Below, one piece after another: positions 57,528 through 64,000 of a stretch of DNA of 64,000 nt. Under the pieces are notes generated by a model. The model searched no databases, was not told the origin of the DNA, and worked only from the letters and a program-made list of their open reading frames with translations. The stretch covers positions 7,343 through 71,342 of the forward strand of contig JAHISJ010000025.1 in assembly GCA_018818205.1 (NCBI GenBank), in the 5' to 3' direction. Source of the stretch: Patescibacteria group bacterium (GTDB taxonomy: Bacteria > Patescibacteriota > JABMPQ01 > JAHIRA01). Made by a program: the position numbers and the translations under genes. The stretch's first letter is position 1. Each line of letters opens with the position of its first letter.

Positions 57528-58232
57528 CTAGTAATCAATAGCAAACGACTCGCTCGTTTCTTTGACCTTATTCAAAAGAAGCGGGTTATTGGTAATAATA
57601 CCATCCACGTCAATGTCAAACATACGTTTCATGCTCCAGATGTAATCGACTGTCCATGCATTTACCTTGAACCCTTCGTTTTGCATTTCTTCTACATTTT
57701 TCCTAGTAAGCGGTAAATAGTATGGATGAATAGTATTAAGCTTGTATTCCTTTGCAAAAGAAATCATTCTATCCGTTACAAACCACGTTAAAATCCCGAC
57801 TTTTACTCTCTTTCTAAAATCACCAAGTTCTCTAATTACATCTTTATCAAAAGAAGAAATAAGCGTTTTATCTACCAACCCATACTTTTCAATAAGTGCC
57901 TTTAGCGGCTCAATAGCCTCGATTACCTTAACATCAAAATTAAAGTATGTTTCATTATTAAGCGCGATTATCACTTCTTCAACTGTTGGAATTGTCTCTC
58001 TTCCAATTTTAAGCTTTTGCACATTGTTAAGGGAGAAGTGCTTTACTAGTCCACTTCCTTCAGTTACACGGTCAATCGCATTGTCATGAAACACGATGGG
58101 AATTCCCTCTTTGGTCACTCGAACATCAATCTCTACCATATCTACTCCAAGTCTCACCGCACGCATAAAAGTGGAAAGAGTGTTTTCCAATTGATGAAAA
58201 AGTGGCGCTCCTCTGTGGGCGATTATTTTCAT
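57528..58232 (-). CDS. Glycerophosphodiester phosphodiesterase
   Basis: 234 aa with MKIIAHRGAPLFHQLENTLSTFMRAVRLGVDMVEIDVRVTKEGIPIVFHD, the GDPD catalytic His/Glu motif region. Confidence 0.85.
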   Translation of the reverse strand: MKIIAHRGAPLFHQLENTLSTFMRAVRLGVDMVEIDVRVTKEGIPIVFHDNAIDRVTEGSGLVKHFSLNNVQKLKIGRETIPTVEEVIIALNNETYFNFDVKVIEAIEPLKALIEKYGLVDKTLISSFDKDVIRELGDFRKRVKVGILTWFVTDRMISFAKEYKLNTIHPYYLPLTRKNVEEMQNEGFKVNAWTVDYIWSMKRMFDIDVDGIITNNPLLLNKVKETSESFAIDY

Positions 58233-58294
58233 ACACGTACTATACTGCTGTAACTCATACTGTGCATATATCTATCATTGCTAATAAGTCACTT

Positions 58295-59401
58295 TTAATT
58301 AAGCACTGAGGATTGGAGTCCCATTCTTTTTAAAATTGGCACTTCCTCACTCTCACTTGCAAACCTCGGTTGATTATAGTCTTCAATTATCACTGCTTGA
58401 AACGCTATTTCTTCAAGCGCACCATCAACAAACTGATACGTACCAATGACCCCTTCTTGCGTCTCCCTAGACCACATTTGATCAAACACTAGATTACCTA
58501 AACTATACACAATAAGTTTGTCGTTGTATTTCTCGACCTCCTGAACCACATGTGGGTGATGACCGATTACCGTTTCTGCACCAGCGTCAATAGCAGCATG
58601 GGCTATTGCCTTTTGCTCCCAAGCCGGCTTTGGCGTGTATTCGGTGCCATGATGCATAGAAACAATTACCACATCTGCGGTTTCTTTTGCTTTTTTGACA
58701 TCACGGACAACCTCGTCCGTTGACTCCTGCGCCCACGCTAACCCCGCTGTTTCCTCGTCAGCTCCGTAGCTTTCTGGAGGAATACCATTGTAACACAGAA
58801 AGGCAAATGAAATTCCGTCCTTCTCTATAACCGATGCGGTATGTGCTTCATCGTAATCCATCCCTGCCCCGCAGTACTCAATGCCATGCTCGTCCAAATG
58901 ATTGTACGTATACTTCATGCCGGACCGCCCTTGATTGCCAAAATGATTGTTCGCAAGAGAAACCATGTCAAAGCCGGCAAGCTTAAGTCCGTCTACTGTC
59001 TCAGGTTCTGCTTTAAATACCATTCCTTCAGTCACAGGTGGTCCTTGATCATAAAAAGGGGATTCCAGATTTGCAAATGCAATATCTGCTTTTGAAAACA
59101 TATCAACTACACGTCTAAACGGTAGAGAATTGTCACCTGCCTGTCTTATCTTGGTTCCTACATGTCTTGAAAGCATTATGTCTCCACCGGCAACGAGCGT
59201 TGTTTTGACCGGTTCTTTTACCACCTGCTCAGGCTCCTCTTTTGCAAAAGAAGTATTCTCAGCTACCTCTTTTGGAGCAACCGTCTCCGCTACTGAAGAT
59301 CCATCATCACCTTTAATAACGATTCCATACACAATAAATCCTGCGATAGCTATGATCACCAGGTAGAGAATATATATCGATTTCCGCTTCTTTTTAGCCA
59401 T
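58295..59401 (-). CDS. CapA/PgsA-family metallophosphoesterase (poly-gamma-glutamate synthesis-like) with N-terminal TM anchor
   Basis: The start was placed at MAKKKRKSIYILYLVIIAIAGFIVYG. Metallophosphatase motifs include VAGGDIMLSRH, NLESPF and VVSMHHGTEY. Confidence 0.75.
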   Translation of the reverse strand: MAKKKRKSIYILYLVIIAIAGFIVYGIVIKGDDGSSVAETVAPKEVAENTSFAKEEPEQVVKEPVKTTLVAGGDIMLSRHVGTKIRQAGDNSLPFRRVVDMFSKADIAFANLESPFYDQGPPVTEGMVFKAEPETVDGLKLAGFDMVSLANNHFGNQGRSGMKYTYNHLDEHGIEYCGAGMDYDEAHTASVIEKDGISFAFLCYNGIPPESYGADEETAGLAWAQESTDEVVRDVKKAKETADVVIVSMHHGTEYTPKPAWEQKAIAHAAIDAGAETVIGHHPHVVQEVEKYNDKLIVYSLGNLVFDQMWSRETQEGVIGTYQFVDGALEEIAFQAVIIEDYNQPRFASESEEVPILKRMGLQSSVLN

Positions 59402-59406
59402 GCATC

Positions 59407-59853
59407 TTACGACAATCTTTCTTGAACACAATTTTTGACCATGTTACCATCTGCTCTACCTGACACCTTCTTTATGGCTTCTCCCATAACCTTCCCCATA
59501 TCAGCCATACTTGACGCTCCTGTTTCAGAGATCACTTCATCAACTATTTTCTCCAGCTCTTCTTTTGACATTTCCTCGGGAAGATACTGTTTTAATAAGG
59601 CCATCTCTTCCTCTTCTTTCTGTGCAAGCTCTTCTCTCCCCCCTTGTCTATATGACTCAATGGAGTCCTTTCTCTGTTTAACGAGCTTTTGAGTGACAGA
59701 GACAACATCATCATCGGTAAGATCTTTTTGAAGCTCAATTTTTTTATTTTTAAGTGCTGCAATGAGCATACGCAGCGTTGATTTTTTGAGCTCATTTTTT
59801 TCTTTCATAGCCAAAACGAGCTCTTGTTCAATCTTTTGATACAAGTCTGACAT
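59407..59853 (-). CDS. yqeY: GatB/YqeY domain protein
   Basis: 148 aa with MSDLYQKIEQELVLAMKEKNELKKSTLRMLIAALKNKKIELQ, the GatB_Yqey fold. Confidence 0.85.
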   Translation of the reverse strand: MSDLYQKIEQELVLAMKEKNELKKSTLRMLIAALKNKKIELQKDLTDDDVVSVTQKLVKQRKDSIESYRQGGREELAQKEEEEMALLKQYLPEEMSKEELEKIVDEVISETGASSMADMGKVMGEAIKKVSGRADGNMVKNCVQERLS

Positions 59854-59938
59854 AGGTTATTATTATATTTTCTTGTAGATAGTATAGCGGTTCTGTAAGC
59901 ATAAAACAACCCCAGTGAGCACGGAGAAATCCCACTAA

Positions 59939-59976
59939 GAAAAACAAAAAACTGACACCAAACAAGATGGGGTCAG
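59939..59976 (-). terminator. Rho-independent terminator after the 60003..60884 gene
   Basis: On the minus strand, CTGACCCC-ATCTTGTTT-GGTGTCAG is followed by TTTTTTGTTTTT. Confidence 0.6.
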
Positions 59977-60002
59977 CTAAAATATTTTGGTAACTACACA
60001 AT

Positions 60003-60884
60003 TCACTCAGGGAGAGCTTCTTCCGGGTCGGCAAATTCAAGAGGCTCATCCTCATCCTCATCAGCTCCTGCTCCTACTTCGCCACCTTCAACACTGTATG
60101 CTTCCATTTCATCTGTTGGTGCTGCTTCTGAAGGAGGCGGATCAAAGTTTTCTGCAACTTCTTCTAATTCCTGCTGCAGACTCTCCGCCTTTTTCCTTTC
60201 CTCTTCTTCACGTTGATAGAATTTAGTTTTAATCGCTCTTGCTTCTCTTCCAAATCTTACTCTTAAATCATTTAGATAGTCGAAAGCAGTCGCGGGATTA
60301 GAATCACGCATAAGACGTAAAAAACTTTGACGGCGCTCTTGAAGCGAGCTCACTTTAGATCTCTCTTCAGGGGTTGTGGTTCGCGCTTCGCTTAAAGAGA
60401 TATCACTAGAAATATTTATTAATGACTGAAGATAAGAAAGATCGCGTTTTCCAGTTTCCCCATCAACAAGCTCACGATAATAGACCGGATTTAAAAACAC
60501 GTCAACTTCTAGAAATAAGTTCTTTACTACAGTAAGCGGGAATGCTGATTTTCGTCTTCCGGAACGCTTTTGACTTAGCACAACCGTATCAAATCGATTT
60601 TCACCAATGTTTCTTTCAAATACGACAATAACGATAATGTCGTCCTCTTTTTCTTTACTCATAACAAGCGGTGAAAATAATATCCACCACAATGCTTTGA
60701 TAAACGAAATAATTGTTGACAGAAAGGGAATTTTACCCGGTATAATGGGAATTTGAACGTATACTTTCCACTCGTTATCATTAGGCAAAATTCTGTCGAA
60801 ATATTCTTGAAGTTCCGCACTTAATTTTCTAACATAAAAGAAAGGCCCATCATTTGCTACAATAATACGTGAAAACGGCCACAT
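60003..60884 (-). CDS. Hypothetical membrane-associated protein with highly acidic C-terminus
   Basis: 293 aa with one hydrophobic segment (IISFIKALWWILFSPLV) and a C-terminal region of about 60 aa that is Glu/Asp rich (...GADEDEDEPLEFADPEEALPE). No known domain recognised. Confidence 0.45.
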   Translation of the reverse strand: MWPFSRIIVANDGPFFYVRKLSAELQEYFDRILPNDNEWKVYVQIPIIPGKIPFLSTIISFIKALWWILFSPLVMSKEKEDDIIVIVVFERNIGENRFDTVVLSQKRSGRRKSAFPLTVVKNLFLEVDVFLNPVYYRELVDGETGKRDLSYLQSLINISSDISLSEARTTTPEERSKVSSLQERRQSFLRLMRDSNPATAFDYLNDLRVRFGREARAIKTKFYQREEEERKKAESLQQELEEVAENFDPPPSEAAPTDEMEAYSVEGGEVGAGADEDEDEPLEFADPEEALPE

Positions 60885-61025
60885 AAACTTTCCTCCTTAT
60901 GTTTGTGCCAAAGAACATGTACTCCATTTATACATCTTTTTGAAAATATTTCAAGGGGTTTTTAAAAAAAATGCCCCACAGGAAAGTTTCCGCGGGACAA
61001 AAATAAATAGTAATAGTTTTTTACG

Positions 61026-61496
61026 TCATGATAATAGCTTATACCGCCATCCGGTATCTTCATCAGGATCGTCTGATATCCTCTGCGATTCAATTTCATG
61101 GCCCAAATCATCACGCAAATGCTTGATGAGTGGCCCAAGACGTAGAATCCCAGCTTGAGTGAATTCAAGCGTAATGACCCATTCTTGTGTTGCAAGAAGC
61201 TCAAGAGCCCTCTCGGTGAGGGGTTCCTCGTTAAGCTCCACTCGCCTATGAATTGCAGCTCCTGAAAGCTCACGAAACCGTTCAGCGGGAATTGTTGCAT
61301 GTAGAGAATACATAAATACTGTTCCTTTAATATGAAAAGTGTAAATTGTATGTCCTTGTTTACCTAATGCATGAACGTATCCACCATATCGTTGAATCCC
61401 CGCTTCATTAAACTCAAGGTTCGAAACACCGTTTACCCCAGCATTACTGAGCATCAAAAAAACTTTTTGCGTTTGCGTTTCAGTTCTTTTTGGCAA
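61026..61496 (-). CDS. Hypothetical protein (probable TTG start behind a strong SD)
   Basis: AAGGAGGA lies 4 nt upstream of the in-frame TTG at 61496. The ORF-table start at 61547 is a GTG with no SD. No recognised domain. Confidence 0.4.
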   Translation of the reverse strand: MPKRTETQTQKVFLMLSNAGVNGVSNLEFNEAGIQRYGGYVHALGKQGHTIYTFHIKGTVFMYSLHATIPAERFRELSGAAIHRRVELNEEPLTERALELLATQEWVITLEFTQAGILRLGPLIKHLRDDLGHEIESQRISDDPDEDTGWRYKLLS

Positions 61497-61610
61497 TTGT
61501 TCCTCCTTGAGTGCCAAAAGGTTCGTGAAAAAAGTATACGGGAACACAAAAAAGTGCGCAATAAAAAAGCCTCACTACGAGACCTTATTTAAACCAACGC
61601 ACAAAAGCTA

Positions 61611-61738
61611 AAAACGATACTCTGGGCGGGGGCTTCTATAAACCTTTTCCCGAGAAAGGGGGGGGCACACACATCCCTTTAAGGGAAACCCTCTCGAAAT
61701 CAGGCAAGCGGAGAATGCCCCCGCCAAAGTATCGTTTT
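61611..61738. ncRNA. GC-rich long hairpin / candidate structured RNA element in a divergent intergenic region
   Basis: A 22-nt terminal inverted repeat (AAAACGATACTCTGGGCGGGGGC ... GCCCCCGCCAAAGTATCGTTTT) encloses about 80 nt containing CCC-GAGAAA-GGGGGGGG, CCCTTTAAGGG and GGGAAACCC stem-loops. GC is far above the flanking DNA. No ORF. Confidence 0.3.
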
Positions 61739-62049
61739 AGTTATACACAGTCTTCTTTTAGGGCTTTGACACTTTATCCACACATTTTTGCGACGGCGCT
61801 TATTTACTCATTAGTCCATTTTGCTGTGTACTTTGATCATTTTTTTAATGTGCGACGGCGCTCTTTTTTGAAACGGCTCATGTCCTGTATCCATTATAAC
61901 AGAGCCAAAAGGTCGGGTCAATGGTTCTTGTTAGAAGTTTATTTTTCAAAGTTTATCAACTTCACAGTAAGTACACATTTGCTATCATAAATATGAAGGG
62001 CAATGTATGAGCATAAGAAAACTACAAAAGCGGAAAAATCCGTTTTTTA

Positions 62050-64000
62050 TGTTGAAAAAATGAAAAAACTCCTCAAAAAACACTTTGGTCACGACACTTT
62101 TAGGCCATTTCAAGAAGAGATCATAACCCATGTCCTTAAAAAAAAGGACACCTTTGTACTTATGCCTACCGGTGGTGGTAAATCGCTGTGTTATCAGTTA
62201 CCTGCTCTAAAACTTGCCGGACTTACATTAGTCATATCGCCACTGATTTCATTGATGAAAGACCAGGTTGATGCACTAAAAATGAGTGGTATAGCCGCAG
62301 AATTCATTAACTCTTCATTGCCTCAAAGCGACATCTCACGAATTCAAAAAGATATACAAAAAGGCAAAATAAGGATTCTCTACATTGCACCGGAACGGCT
62401 CGCTCTACATTCCTTCAAAGGGTATCTTGATACCTTGGATGTAAGCCTTATTGCCATAGATGAAGCTCACTGCATTTCTGAATGGGGACATGATTTTAGA
62501 CCAGATTACAGAAACCTGAAATTCTTTAAGGAGCAGTACCCGGACACACCCATGATTGCACTTACCGCAACGGCTACGCCGGTAGTACAAAATGATATTA
62601 TCAAAGAACTCTCTTTACATAGCCCCAAAAGATGCGTAGCAAGTTTTAATCGAGAAAATCTTACCTTTAGGATTCTGCGAAAAAAGCATGCGTTTGATAA
62701 ACTGCTTGGGTTGCTTGAAAAGCATAAAAACGAATCAGTGATTGTGTATTGCTTTTCACGTAGAGAAACTGAAGAAATTGCTGACAATTTAAATGCCGAA
62801 GGATACAAAGCACTTCCCTATCACGCAGGGCTTGATAGTACTATACGAAAGTCAAACCAAGAGCAGTTTATAACCGACGAAGCACAGATTATGGTTGCGA
62901 CAATCGCGTTTGGCATGGGCATAGACAAGCCAGATGTCCGCATGGTGGTGCACTACACGTTTCCTAAAAATCTAGAAGGCTACTACCAAGAAGTGGGTAG
63001 AGCCGGACGCGATGGCCTCCCCAGTGAATGTGTCCTGCTGTATTCGTACGGAGACAAGCGAAAACACGACTTCTTTTTGGACAAAATTCAAGACGTAAAA
63101 GAACGAGAGAATAAAAGTAAACAACTTGATAATGTTATTGCTTACTCAGAGAACCGCTCATGTAGAAGAAAATATATTTTGGAGTATTTTGGGGAAACAT
63201 ACCCACCCGAATCCTCTATTTCCAAAGGAAAAAAGGGTAATGAAAGCTGCGGAGCATGTGATAGTTGTCTGAGACCCCGAGAAACGTTTGATGCAACTAT
63301 TATTACGCAAAAAATTCTTTCATGTGTGTTAAGAACTGGAAGTCGTTTTGGGAAAAATTATATTGTTGCTGTTTTAAAGGGAAGTAGAGATGAACAGGTA
63401 CTGCGAAATCGACATGATAGCCTCTCTGTGTACGGTATTGTTAACGATCATTCCAAAGATGAGTTAAAAGAAATCATTACCTCATTGCTCCAGGAAAGCG
63501 TATTAATAAGTGACAAAGGAAAATATCCAACTCTCTCTGTAGCACCAAAGGGGATTACCTTTTTAAAGCAAAAAGAAACACTCCACTTACCAAAAATTCA
63601 TGAGGATCTGATTGATGCTAAGAACACAGGGAAAAGAGAAACGCTTGAATACAACACCGGTCTCTTTGAAAAGCTAAGAACGGTAAGAAAACAACTTGCC
63701 GACAAGCGAGGCGTGCCGCCATTTGTTATTTTCAGTGACGTAACGCTTCAGGCATTGGCTTATTACTTACCTCAAAATAAGGAGAACTTCATAAAAATTG
63801 AAGGTGTTGGAGAACAAAAGCTAAAAGAATTTGGAGAACTGTTTATTGCCACCATTACTACTTATGCAAAAAAGAATACTGTTCCTTCACATGACATTCC
63901 GGATAAAAACCGAAGAAAAACTAGCAGCGCAAAAAGAAAAATACATGCAAATGCTCTCAAATACCACCAGACAAAAGAAATGGTTTCCCGTAAAATGCCT
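62050..64000 (+). CDS. recQ: ATP-dependent DNA helicase RecQ (3' end beyond window)
   Basis: MKKLLKKHFGHDTFRPFQEEII..., Walker A LMPTGGGKSLCYQLPA, DEAH box (IDEAHCISEWGHDFRPDY), a zinc-binding region (CGACDSC) and a winged helix. The ORF runs off the window end. Confidence 0.9.

Noticed and set aside
61611-61738. Retron-like msr/msd ncRNA, suggested by the long flanking inverted repeats
   Set aside because: No reverse transcriptase gene is adjacent. The neighbours are two small hypothetical proteins and recQ. It is reported as a generic structured element instead.

Overview
This is a low-GC, gene-dense bacterial segment, about 90% coding, with most genes on the minus strand. Archease/RtcB, a 3-hexulose-6-phosphate synthase/isomerase pair, weak ribosome-binding sites and many small hypothetical proteins suggest a reduced-genome Patescibacteria/CPR-like organism; that assignment is inference only.

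Housekeeping content (left to right):
- Partition genes parB (partial) and parA, then a NUDIX hydrolase.
- tRNA-Leu(CAG).
- One long minus-strand operon: glmS, an IMPase-family phosphatase, a GHMP sugar kinase, a GNAT acetyltransferase, a sugar-1-phosphate nucleotidyltransferase, tsaC and glyA.
- A Ku/LigD non-homologous end-joining pair.
- Five aminoacyl-tRNA synthetases: leuS, metG, glyQS, ileS and argS.
- tatD, rsmI, an AI-2E family transporter, M16 and M24 peptidases, RtcB + archease + tgt, a TPM/LemA pair and recO.
- A GT4 glycosyltransferase with an overlapping radical-SAM gene, a MazG-like gene, and the PHI + HPS (ribulose-monophosphate shunt) pair.
- smpB with a previously unannotated tmRNA immediately downstream.
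- infC (apparent ATT start), rpmI, rplT, a Nif3-family gene, a glycerophosphodiester phosphodiesterase, capA-like, yqeY and a partial recQ.

Accessory or unusual content:
- A GC-elevated structured non-coding island beside tRNA-Leu.
- A separate 128-nt GC-rich long hairpin between a hypothetical gene and recQ.
- A GC-elevated block at about 53.9-57.4 kb holding a zinc-ribbon protein and an M6-like metalloprotease fused to FG-GAP repeats.
- Several secreted beta-propeller or repeat proteins.
- A 16-cysteine lipoprotein downstream of Ku.
- Two gene pairs encoding proteins of unknown function with acidic C-termini.

No rRNA genes, CRISPR arrays or recognisable transposases were seen.

The best candidate for an undescribed system is the glmS-linked operon. 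It lacks recognisable GlmM or GlmU genes and contains a HddA-like GHMP kinase, an IMPase/FBPase-family phosphatase, a GNAT and a small nucleotidyltransferase. Together these could form a bisphosphate-type route to an NDP-aminosugar.
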